This document shows, one piece after another, positions 47,358 to 56,295 of a stretch of 64,000 bases of DNA. Every line of letters begins with the position of its first letter. Position 1 is the first letter of the stretch. The DNA is taken from the NCBI GenBank assembly GCA_965248925.1, contig CBDFLE010000006.1:1920001-1984000 (forward strand). The letters run 5' to 3'. A program made the position numbers and the translations under genes. The notes below the pieces were generated by a model. That model worked only from the letters and a program-made list of their open reading frames with translations. It was not told the DNA's origin and did no database searches. The stretch is from Candidatus Multivoradales bacterium (GTDB taxonomy: Bacteria > Acidobacteriota > Thermoanaerobaculia > Multivoradales > J023).

Positions 47358-48230
47358 TTAGGCGGAACTCTCCATCTCAAGTTCCAAACGCTGCGCCAGG
47401 CGTTCGTCGATCAGCAGCGGCAGAGCCATCAACAGTGGGGGATTGAGCAGCCGTGGAGGTTGCAGCACTAAGTGAGGTCTGGCGGTCAATTGGCCCGCTG
47501 CGTCGGGCTCGAAAGGGCCGGCACTGGCCAGCCCACGGATCGCCTCGCTGTGGCGCAGAAAATCGAGCGGCCCTTCAAAGCGGTCCATGCCGGCGGCAAA
47601 AACAAAGAATCGCTCACCCGGAGGAATCGCCAGCTTGAAGTCGCCGATGGCCGAAAGAATGGTGCAAGATCGGGGTCTCGACTGCGGAATCGGTGAGTCG
47701 AACAGGCCGATGAAGATAAATCCCGCCAACGGCTGCTCGGCTTCAATCGTACCTTCGAGCATGGCTACCGTGGTATTCGGCACCTCGGGCTCCACCAACA
47801 TTTGCACTTGTTCGGCATCGGTGGCGTACACCCGGCATAACTGGCGAAACTGGCCCGGCGCCAAACCCACCAGTTGAGTGAATCGGCTACTGAAGGTTCC
47901 CAGGCTGTTGTAGCCGACTTCGAAACAGATATCGAGCACACTCTGCTCGGTGGTCATCAACAACTTCTTTGCTGCTTCCAAACGCAAAGCACCGAGAAAC
48001 TGCATCGGTGGAATTCCGACTAGCTCACGAAAAATGCGATTGAAATAGTAGGGGCTCATGCAAGCCAGGTCAGCCATCTCGTCGAGAGTGACCTCTTCGG
48101 TCAGGTGCTGGTGCATGTGCTTGACGACCCGTTCGATAGCTTGCTGATGACTAGCGAGGGTTTCCTCGTGGGCCACCTGGTGGGAAGGCCACAGCGCCTC
48201 GGCGGTGGTAGCACTGCCAACATTCGGCAT
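47358..48230 (-). CDS. AraC-family transcriptional regulator (N-terminal HTH), likely cluster regulator
   Basis: SPYYFNRIF, LRLEAAKKLL, ICFEVGYNSLGTFSSRFTQLVG; immediately upstream of pksE copy 1. Confidence 0.9.
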   Translation of the reverse strand: MPNVGSATTAEALWPSHQVAHEETLASHQQAIERVVKHMHQHLTEEVTLDEMADLACMSPYYFNRIFRELVGIPPMQFLGALRLEAAKKLLMTTEQSVLDICFEVGYNSLGTFSSRFTQLVGLAPGQFRQLCRVYATDAEQVQMLVEPEVPNTTVAMLEGTIEAEQPLAGFIFIGLFDSPIPQSRPRSCTILSAIGDFKLAIPPGERFFVFAAGMDRFEGPLDFLRHSEAIRGLASAGPFEPDAAGQLTARPHLVLQPPRLLNPPLLMALPLLIDERLAQRLELEMESSA

Positions 48231-48560
48231 CAGAATCAACCTCCACGGTTAAGCAAACTGGTACCCAGAAAGAGCGAGCCAGAGTGCGAATAACAACTCG
48301 AACAGCGATTAATGCATCGATAGGTCTCTATGAGAGTACTGGAGAAATTCTGATTCTCAAAATAGAGATAAATTTCAAGCCTGATAGGTAAAGACTTGGC
48401 GCCCTGGCGCTTCGGCAAGTAATGCCGGGGCCTCTTGGCTTTGAGGAGATCGGGGCGGTGGCGAATTCCGCCCAGCTACGCCGGGGGGCGAGAGGACTAG
48501 GGGACGAAACCCCTCGCTAGATCATGACGTCCCCGGTGGGACGGAGAATCCCCACTCTGG

Positions 48561-51137
48561 TCAGCTGCCTTCGCTGTCGTAGAACGATAGGTCGGTATCG
48601 ACCGGCGCTTGCAGGCTGCGCTTCTCTTTGACAAAAGAAAGCAGCTCGTCGTCGCTGTCGATCTCTAGGTGACGTTCGAGTTCGTCGGCGCCAGGAAAGC
48701 GCCCCAGCCCTCGCCGCCAAGCACGGCGGGCCTCGTCGTAGCGGCCCGCCTTGGCATAGGCCTGGCCGAGAGCGACGTAGACTCGCTGCTGGTAGGGCGC
48801 CACCACTCCGCTCTGCTCTTGCAGTTCGGCACAGCGTTCCAGGTCGCGAGCAGCGTCGTCGGAATGACGCAGCGCCCGCGGCCAATGCAGATGGTTCATC
48901 CCCCGCGAGTAAAGCGCCAGCCAAGAATCCGGCTGGGCCGCCAGCACCTTGTCGGCCTCGTCCAGACCGCGCTTGGCCACGCTGCCCTTGCAGACGATCG
49001 CCGCCAGCCCGCCGCAGGCCGGGATCTTGTCGACGTAGGCCACCGACAGCTCGATCCGCCAAGCCGGGTTCTTGGTGGTGTCGGCGCGCTCGGTAAGAAA
49101 GGCGATCGCCCGGTCGTGAGCATCGTACTCGGCCGCCAGACGCCGGTAGTCGCTGGCTTCGCGAGCCTGGTAGACACCTCTCAGCAGGCTCTCAAGTTCT
49201 GCCAACTGACCCTCGATCTCAGCCGCCGAGGGCAGCGCCCGCTTGGCTACCTGGGTGCCCGGCAAGGGACTCAGGCGCCGCGGCTGGGAGATCTCCAGCT
49301 CCCGCCGCTCGGCATAGCTGCCGGGATCCTGGTGCAAAGTGAGTATTTGATCGACTGCCACGTCCTCGAAATACTGTAAACCGCCGTCTGGCCAGCGTAC
49401 TTCCAGCATCTCCACCAGATCCACCGTACCGAGACCAAAATGTAGTCTCGGCTCGCTCTGCCCCGCGAAACCGTTGCCTCCATCGCGCTCACGCACCAGC
49501 ACCCCGGCCGCGGTCGCCAGGGTCACCCGCGTGCCGATGCCGTCGCGATTGACCCCGCTCGACGGATCGGTCACCAGCGCCACCCGCAGCCAATGCGCCC
49601 CTGCCGCCGTCTGGCGGTGATCTAGCAAACCATTGCGAAACAGCTGCGGAGCGTCGCCCTGATTGGCGATGAACAGATCCAGGTCGCCATCGTTGTCATA
49701 GTCCACCACCGCGATGCCGCGGCCATCCCGGTCGCTGTCCAGGCCGGTCGGGCCGGCGTTTTCAGTGAAGGCTAGCAGCCCCTCGTTGCGCCACAGCCGA
49801 GTGCGTTCGTAGCCCGAGAACGAGCGGTCGCCGATCGCCGGCCAGTTGCGGGCGTCGTCGGAATGCTCGCCGGTCACCGTCCACGACGCCAGGTCGTACC
49901 AATAGCTGCCCTCGCCGGCACTGATGAAGCCGTTGACCGCCACGATGTCCAAATCGCCATCGTTGTCGTAGTCGAAGAACTTCGCCCCCCAACCCCAACC
50001 GCCATCGTAGGCCCGCGCCTCCAGGCCGACATCGGTGAAGTGGATCTCGCCCGACTCGTCCGGGCCCTCGTTGTACCAGAGCATGTTGCCCTCTTGCAGG
50101 TACTCGGCGGTGGTGATGTTGGAGACGTAGATATCTAGCCAGCCATCGTTGTTGAAGTCACCAAAGTCGACGTTCATGCCCTTCTTGGTGTCGTAGCCCA
50201 GAGCACTCTCGGTGGCGTTGCGCCAGCTGCCCTCGCCGTCTGAAAGGAAGAGCTGGTCGGGACCGAAATCGTCGGCGGCATAGAGATCGGGCCAGCCGTC
50301 GCCGTCCAAATCCGCCGCTCCCACCGCCAGAGTCCAGCCCGGGTCAGCGACCCCGTGCTTCTCGGCGACCTCGACAAAGCTGCCGTCCCCCTGCTGCTGG
50401 TAGAGGTAGTTGGCGCCGCCGTTGCGGGCGCGCTCGAAGTCTTCGTGCATGATCCGGGTCGACCCCAGATGCCACAGATCGACCTCGCGGAAGTAGTTGC
50501 CAACGTAGATATCCAAAAGACCATCGCGGTCGAAATCGAGAAAGATCGCCGCGTTGCCATTCGCCCACTCGGTGCCCGGCTGGCCATCGCGACGCTGGAA
50601 CACCTCGGCGGTGACCTCACGGAAGGTGCCGTCGCCCTGGTTGCGATATAGCGAGTCCGTGCCCCAACGCACCAGGTAAAGATCCACCAGACCATCGTTG
50701 TCGTAGTCCCCCCACACCGCGTCCATGCTGGTGCCGCGAGCATCGTTGGCTTGCGCCAAGCCGGCCTGCTCCCCCACCTCGGCGAAGCTGCCGTCGCCCT
50801 GGTTGCGATACAGCAGGTTGGGCTCCCCCTTGCGCGACTCGGTGACGAAGAAATCTTGCCAGCCGTCGCCATCGTAGTCGGCACTGGCCACCGCCGCGCC
50901 GACGCTCGCCATCCACGACATGATGTTCGACAACTGAGCGTCCAACACCGGCCGATGATGGCGGTGGGTAATCCCCGCGCTCAACGCCACGTCGACGAAG
51001 AGCGGTTCTTCCGCCTCTGGCAGCCCTGAATGGGCTTCCTCGGCGCAACCACCGAGCACGACGACCAGAGCGACGGCCAACAGCCCGACGAGCAACACAA
51101 GACTCGCGACGGCGAAATGGAGGGGGGCAGTCTTCAA
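48561..51137 (-). CDS. Lipoprotein CRTAC1/ASPIC-UnbV (E4-like)-TPR fusion, copy B
   Basis: Mature region identical to copy A; different signal peptide ending LGGC; TTG start with GGAGA inferred. Confidence 0.88.
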   Translation of the reverse strand: MKTAPLHFAVASLVLLVGLLAVALVVVLGGCAEEAHSGLPEAEEPLFVDVALSAGITHRHHRPVLDAQLSNIMSWMASVGAAVASADYDGDGWQDFFVTESRKGEPNLLYRNQGDGSFAEVGEQAGLAQANDARGTSMDAVWGDYDNDGLVDLYLVRWGTDSLYRNQGDGTFREVTAEVFQRRDGQPGTEWANGNAAIFLDFDRDGLLDIYVGNYFREVDLWHLGSTRIMHEDFERARNGGANYLYQQQGDGSFVEVAEKHGVADPGWTLAVGAADLDGDGWPDLYAADDFGPDQLFLSDGEGSWRNATESALGYDTKKGMNVDFGDFNNDGWLDIYVSNITTAEYLQEGNMLWYNEGPDESGEIHFTDVGLEARAYDGGWGWGAKFFDYDNDGDLDIVAVNGFISAGEGSYWYDLASWTVTGEHSDDARNWPAIGDRSFSGYERTRLWRNEGLLAFTENAGPTGLDSDRDGRGIAVVDYDNDGDLDLFIANQGDAPQLFRNGLLDHRQTAAGAHWLRVALVTDPSSGVNRDGIGTRVTLATAAGVLVRERDGGNGFAGQSEPRLHFGLGTVDLVEMLEVRWPDGGLQYFEDVAVDQILTLHQDPGSYAERRELEISQPRRLSPLPGTQVAKRALPSAAEIEGQLAELESLLRGVYQAREASDYRRLAAEYDAHDRAIAFLTERADTTKNPAWRIELSVAYVDKIPACGGLAAIVCKGSVAKRGLDEADKVLAAQPDSWLALYSRGMNHLHWPRALRHSDDAARDLERCAELQEQSGVVAPYQQRVYVALGQAYAKAGRYDEARRAWRRGLGRFPGADELERHLEIDSDDELLSFVKEKRSLQAPVDTDLSFYDSEGS

Positions 51138-51408
51138 GGTCGGTCTCCCGATTGCACCGCCACTGTGGCCTGGCGGTAAGTAGTCGCTAGGGTAGCCGCG
51201 GCTGGGCCTCTGCGGGCCAAGCCGAGACCACCTACTGAGTTGCTCTACTTGAAAAGGGAGTGTCGCCAGACGATCTTTATCCACCACCTACCGGCAATTT
51301 CCCCCCATCGGCGACAAAAATCCAAGACAATGACTCCGACTAGAACAAGGACTCCCTCGATCCTGGGAATCCGATGTTCAAGAACCTAGCGCTTGGGAAC
51401 TCAATACC

Positions 51409-53793
51409 GTGAGTCACCGAACAGCGGACAGCTTCGCCAGACCTTTCCTGCGGCTCAGCGAGGCGGCGATTCGCCGGCCTCGATTGGCCCTCACTAGCGT
51501 GCTACTGGTGACCCTGCTGGCGCTACCCGGCCTGTGGCGGCTCGAGCTGCGCACCGATGGCCATGCGCTGGTGCCGTCGGCAGACCCGGTGGTGCTTTTC
51601 GACCGCCAAGTACGCCAGCACTTCAAGCTGCGCGATCCGTTGGTGGTGATGCTGAGCACCTCCCATCCGGACGGCATCTACAACGCCGCCACGATGCGCC
51701 GAGTGCGCAATTTGTCGCAGGCGCTGGCGGCGCTACCAGAGGTTGGCGAGGGGCGGGTCACCAGTCTCGCCACCGAGCGTCGCGATCGAGTCTACGAGGG
51801 TACCTTGAACTTCCGCCCCTACCTCGATCCACTGCCGGAGGACCGCCGGCTGCTCGACCAGCTGCGCGGCGACATCGCCGCCGTCGGCCTGCTTGAGGGC
51901 ACCTTGGTGTCAACCGACCAACACGCCACCGCCATCTTGGTGGGAGTGCCCACGACTACCTCCGACAATGCCCGCCGAGCGCTCGACCGAGTGGCGATCT
52001 TCCGCCAAGTGGAGCACACCGCCAAGGCTTTCGCAAGCCCGCTCGATCGCATCGAGGTGGTGGGGGCGCCGGCCGCCGAGGCCCTGCTCGGCCTGCACCT
52101 TTTGCAGGACCTTGTCCTGCTGGTACCCCTGTCCATGCTGTTGATCGCCACGGTGATGTGGTTGGGCTGCCGGCGACTCTGGGGAGTCGCGTTGGGAATG
52201 ATGGAGATCGGTGCCTGTCAGCTATTTACTTTCGGCCTCTTGGGTTGGTCGGGGGTGCCGGTCTACCTCACTTTGGCAGTCTTGCCGGTAATCTTGACCA
52301 CCATCGGTCTAGCTGACGAGATCCATCTGCTGTGGCACCAGCAAGGAGAACTGGCCAGCGAGCCGGCAGGGGTCAGTCGGCGGCAAACCGTGCGCGCAAC
52401 GATGACCGCCATGACCCGGCCGATCGTCCTTACCACTCTGACCACCAGTCTTGGCTTTGCCTCATTCCTGCTCTCGCCGATCGTCCCGGTGCGCTTCTTT
52501 GGCTTGTTCGCCGCCCTCGGCATCCTCTTCTGCATGCTGTGGTCCCTGGTCGCCGTCCCGGCGTTGATGGTGCTGTCACCGAAGCGCTGGCTGCTCCGCA
52601 AGCGAGCTCCGCGTCAGCCCTCACGGCACTCCTTGCTGACTCTCGGCAGCCGCCACCCACGCTGGGTTCTGGGGCTGCTGGCACTGCTCAGTTTGGGCTT
52701 GGGAGCAGGAGTTTTTCGCCTCCAGGTTCAAGACAGCTGGATCGATGGCTTCGCCCCCAAGAGTACGTTCCGGCAAGCGACAGACGAGGTCAACGAGCGC
52801 TTTTTCGGCACCCACCTGCTCCTCGCTCACCTGACTTTCAACACCCCCGAGGAGCAAATCCCGGCGGTCCTGGATCACCGCGGCCCGCTTCTCGACCCGG
52901 AGCTGCTAAACAAGATTGGCGGCTTCGAGACCTTCGCCCGGCAACGGCCCGAAGTCGGCGGCGTGATTGGGCCGCACAGCCGGCTGGCGGCGGCCAACGC
53001 GCTGCTCACCGGCCGCAAGGAAGAGAACCGCCGGATCCCCGACACGGTGTATTGGGTGTGGAAACTGCTGGGCCACTTCAAGACCGCTCAAGGCGAGCTG
53101 CGGCTGCGGCAGATGATCAACGCCGAACTCGACCAGGCGGTGGTGACGATCTTCCTCAAAGACGCCAACTACCGCCAGACCGAGACTCTGATGGAAGCGC
53201 TGCACAGCTACGCTGAGGAGCATCTGGAAGCCGGTCTCGTCCAACTGCGGCTAGCTGGTGACGTGGCGGTCAGCCAAGCAATGATCCCCGCCATCGTCAA
53301 GACTCAAGTGCTGTCTCTGCTGCTCGCTTTGGGCGGCGCGACCTTGCTGCTAGCGCTGATCTACCGCTCGCTGGCGGCGGCGCTGGCAGCGGTCGGCCCG
53401 GCCATGGTGGCGGTGTTGTGGACCTTTGGCGCCATGGGCTGGACCGGCATTCCCTTAGGCGTCGCCACCTCGATGTTCTGCGCCATCACCCTGGGTATTG
53501 GCGTCGACTATGGCATCCATTTCTTCGAGCGCTACCGACTGGCGGCCAGCCACGGCGCTGAGCAACCGGTGGCGGTCGCGCTGGCCGAAGCCGGCCCGGC
53601 GATCATCACCGACAGCCTGGCGATCGCCATAGGCTTCGGCCTACTCGGTTTTTCGCAAGTGCCGGCCAACGCCCGCTTGGGCCTGCTGGTGGCGCTGGCT
53701 CTAGGCGCCGCCTGCCTGCTGACTCTGCTCGGCCTAGCCGCACTGTTGGAAACTCGCGGCGAGCCGGCGGCAAAGAGCTTGGAATCTATCTGA
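51409..53793 (+). CDS. MMPL/RND-family exporter
   Basis: Two repeats of TM + extracytoplasmic loop + TM bundle; IGLADEIH and GIGVDYGIH motifs. Confidence 0.88.
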   Translation: MSHRTADSFARPFLRLSEAAIRRPRLALTSVLLVTLLALPGLWRLELRTDGHALVPSADPVVLFDRQVRQHFKLRDPLVVMLSTSHPDGIYNAATMRRVRNLSQALAALPEVGEGRVTSLATERRDRVYEGTLNFRPYLDPLPEDRRLLDQLRGDIAAVGLLEGTLVSTDQHATAILVGVPTTTSDNARRALDRVAIFRQVEHTAKAFASPLDRIEVVGAPAAEALLGLHLLQDLVLLVPLSMLLIATVMWLGCRRLWGVALGMMEIGACQLFTFGLLGWSGVPVYLTLAVLPVILTTIGLADEIHLLWHQQGELASEPAGVSRRQTVRATMTAMTRPIVLTTLTTSLGFASFLLSPIVPVRFFGLFAALGILFCMLWSLVAVPALMVLSPKRWLLRKRAPRQPSRHSLLTLGSRHPRWVLGLLALLSLGLGAGVFRLQVQDSWIDGFAPKSTFRQATDEVNERFFGTHLLLAHLTFNTPEEQIPAVLDHRGPLLDPELLNKIGGFETFARQRPEVGGVIGPHSRLAAANALLTGRKEENRRIPDTVYWVWKLLGHFKTAQGELRLRQMINAELDQAVVTIFLKDANYRQTETLMEALHSYAEEHLEAGLVQLRLAGDVAVSQAMIPAIVKTQVLSLLLALGGATLLLALIYRSLAAALAAVGPAMVAVLWTFGAMGWTGIPLGVATSMFCAITLGIGVDYGIHFFERYRLAASHGAEQPVAVALAEAGPAIITDSLAIAIGFGLLGFSQVPANARLGLLVALALGAACLLTLLGLAALLETRGEPAAKSLESI

Positions 53794-54005
53794 GACGACC
53801 CCACCCAAAGCCTCCTCTTGAGGCTCTATCTTCCCTGCCGGGGGTCAAGGCGAGCCGCGGCTGACTCCGTTTAGAGCAGAGAAGGTAAGAGGTGTCCGGC
53901 CAACCGTTCTCGACTCGATCGAGAGTCCAGCGGAAGGCCCGTCGTCAAAGAGCTTTCGACCTTCGTCGAAACGCTCAAATCAATCCTCCCAGGAAGGAGA
54001 TCCTG

Positions 54006-54881
54006 ATGAAGAGAAGCTTCAAACTAGGTGTTCTGTGCCTTGTCGCAGCCACCCTCCTATTGATCGTCCCGGCCCAGGCACACGATGTCAACGCCGGCAT
54101 TGACTTGTGGAAGACGGTCGGCGCCAACAACGGTACCTACGTCGATTTCAGCTCGCAGAGCATCCCGCTGAACTTCTTCTGCGCCGGCTATGGCGGGTAC
54201 ACGGGAACGATCGCTCTCAAAGGTAAGGCGATTGCCGCCACCAAGAGCCTGCAGGGTGCCGACACCGTCATCGAGCGCACCACAGACGAAGACGTCAACG
54301 GCAACGCAAACATGATCGTTCGGGTGCTCTCGCTGCAAGGCAAGACGCAGTTCTCTGCCGGCGTGTGTGGCACTTCGCACACCGTCAAAGTAGGGCTCGA
54401 CCCGAGCCGCGTCCAGGACAACACCAACATCAACTTCGTCCATTCGGCCTCGACCGGCGGCGTTTTCAGCGCCACTATCTCGGTCAAGGGCGAAGTCGTG
54501 TTCACCGAGGTGGGCAGCGGTGTGGTACGTGCGATCTCCAACGACATCGTCATGCAGACCAGCAATGCTTGCTGGAATCACACCACCGGCAGCGGCGGCA
54601 TCACGGTCTCCGGCCCGGTGACCGTCGATACCACCTGTGACGGCATTCCCGACCTCACCTTGCCGGGCACTTCCAACTTCCACGCCGGTTGGTGCCCGCC
54701 GTCCGGTGGCAGTGGCCCGCCGACCGCGTCGACGATCAACCACACCGGTCCTCACCCGACCAAGCCACCGAAGAAGAAGTGCAGCATCCGGCCGGTCGAT
54801 GACTGGATTGGGATCGAGTTCGGCTTTGACGAGTTCGGCAAGGCGATCGCTATCGAGACCTGCCAGGTCTTGAACCAGTAG
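54006..54881 (+). CDS. Secreted protein, paralog 2
   Basis: AAGGAG RBS, signal peptide ending AQA, GIDLWKT, IPLNFFC, ACWNH, PGTSNFHAGWC, PKKKCSIRP. Confidence 0.85.
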   Translation: MKRSFKLGVLCLVAATLLLIVPAQAHDVNAGIDLWKTVGANNGTYVDFSSQSIPLNFFCAGYGGYTGTIALKGKAIAATKSLQGADTVIERTTDEDVNGNANMIVRVLSLQGKTQFSAGVCGTSHTVKVGLDPSRVQDNTNINFVHSASTGGVFSATISVKGEVVFTEVGSGVVRAISNDIVMQTSNACWNHTTGSGGITVSGPVTVDTTCDGIPDLTLPGTSNFHAGWCPPSGGSGPPTASTINHTGPHPTKPPKKKCSIRPVDDWIGIEFGFDEFGKAIAIETCQVLNQ

Positions 54882-55266
54882 AAATCCGACGGGGAGGCGG
54901 CATCTTGGTTTGCCGTCCACGAGCCGCCCCCCGCCGGAGGTAGGCATCGTTCCCGGGTTCTAGGTTGGTCGAGCTGATCGCGTCATCGGTGACGGACACC
55001 TCGATAACCAAGCCCCCGACGGGGCAGCTGACGTGCAGCTCTCCCAGCCGAGGCCCGGGGCCGATGGTTCTTATCTTAGCAATGAGGCAGCAGCCGGAGA
55101 GACCTCTCGCTGGTGGGCTGCTCAAGAGCCAGATGGGGTGCAATCTAGCCACGGTGAGGTCATCTCTATCGCGCTCGTCACAGTGGGCGAGCAGGCGAAG
55201 GCTGATCTCCGGCGAGCGCCGTTGTTGGCGACTCGCAAACCGCGGCTCTAACGTTTGGAGGAAAAC

Positions 55267-56190
55267 ATGTTTAGAAGTCATTCCCAGTCAATTCTGTGCC
55301 TCTGTGCCGCTCTCGTCTTGCTAGCGGTGCCAGCCGCGGCATCCAACGTCAACTCCGGCATCGACCTGTGGGTCACCGTTGCCAACGGCACCAGTGTCAA
55401 CTTTTCGGGTCAGGCCATCCCCGCCGGATTTTTCTGCGCCGGCTCGAATTCGTTCAGCGGCTCGATCTCGCTCAAGGGCAAGAACATCGCCGCCAACATG
55501 GGTCTGCAGGGAGCTGACACGATCCTCGAGCGGCCAGTGACCGCGGTGCTGGGTTCGGTAGCTACGGTTCCACTGGTCCTCAGGGTTCTATCGTTGCAGG
55601 ACGTGACACCGCATTCGGTTCCCGAGTGTGGATCGAGCTACGACGTCTTCGTACGGCTCAACCAGTCGATCAGCCAGCCGCAGGGCAGCATTACGATCAG
55701 CCATTCGATGGCCACCGGCGGTACTTTCAACTCGGTGCTACCGGTAGAGACCGAGGTGATCTTCACCAACACCGTGAGCGGTGATGTCAAGACGATCACC
55801 AACAGCACCGTCCTGACCACCACGACCGCTTGCTGGAACCACACTCCGGGCCCCGGCGGCATTGTCGTCAACGGCCCGGTGACCGTCGACAGTGACGGCG
55901 ACGGCATCATCGACCTCACCCTGCCGGGGACCTCGAACTTCGCCCCGGGCTGGTGTGCACCGGCCGGCGGTACTGGTAACCCGACCTTCAGCCCGCCGAC
56001 CCATCAGGCGCCGACTCACGCCCACAAGGTGAAGGCGCCGAAGAAGAAGTGCAGCATCCGGCCGATCGAGATCGATCTCACCGAGTTCGGCGACGAGCAG
56101 GTTGGTGGCAAGGCCACCAGCACGCAGATTGGCGAGATCGGCTTTGTCAACCTCATCGCTTGTGATGCGGTGGTGCTCAGCCCCAGGTAG
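55267..56190 (+). CDS. Secreted protein, paralog 3
   Basis: GGAGG RBS, signal peptide, GIDLWVT, IPAGFFC, ACWNH, DSDGDG, PGTSNFAPGWC, PKKKCSIRP. Confidence 0.85.
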   Translation: MFRSHSQSILCLCAALVLLAVPAAASNVNSGIDLWVTVANGTSVNFSGQAIPAGFFCAGSNSFSGSISLKGKNIAANMGLQGADTILERPVTAVLGSVATVPLVLRVLSLQDVTPHSVPECGSSYDVFVRLNQSISQPQGSITISHSMATGGTFNSVLPVETEVIFTNTVSGDVKTITNSTVLTTTTACWNHTPGPGGIVVNGPVTVDSDGDGIIDLTLPGTSNFAPGWCAPAGGTGNPTFSPPTHQAPTHAHKVKAPKKKCSIRPIEIDLTEFGDEQVGGKATSTQIGEIGFVNLIACDAVVLSPR

Positions 56191-56202
56191 CTGAACTCCG
56201 GC

Positions 56203-56240
56203 GGCATCGTCCTTGCTCGACAGCGACACGGGACGATGCC
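56203..56240 (+). terminator. Stem-loop between paralog 3 and pksE copy 2 (attenuator or mRNA stabiliser)
   Basis: GGCATCGTCC / GGACGATGCC 10-bp stem; no strong U-tract. Confidence 0.5.
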
Positions 56241-56295
56241 CCCCTCTTGGGTGTCAAAACAGCGCACAAGGACTACCAGCGATAGGTCCTCAAAG

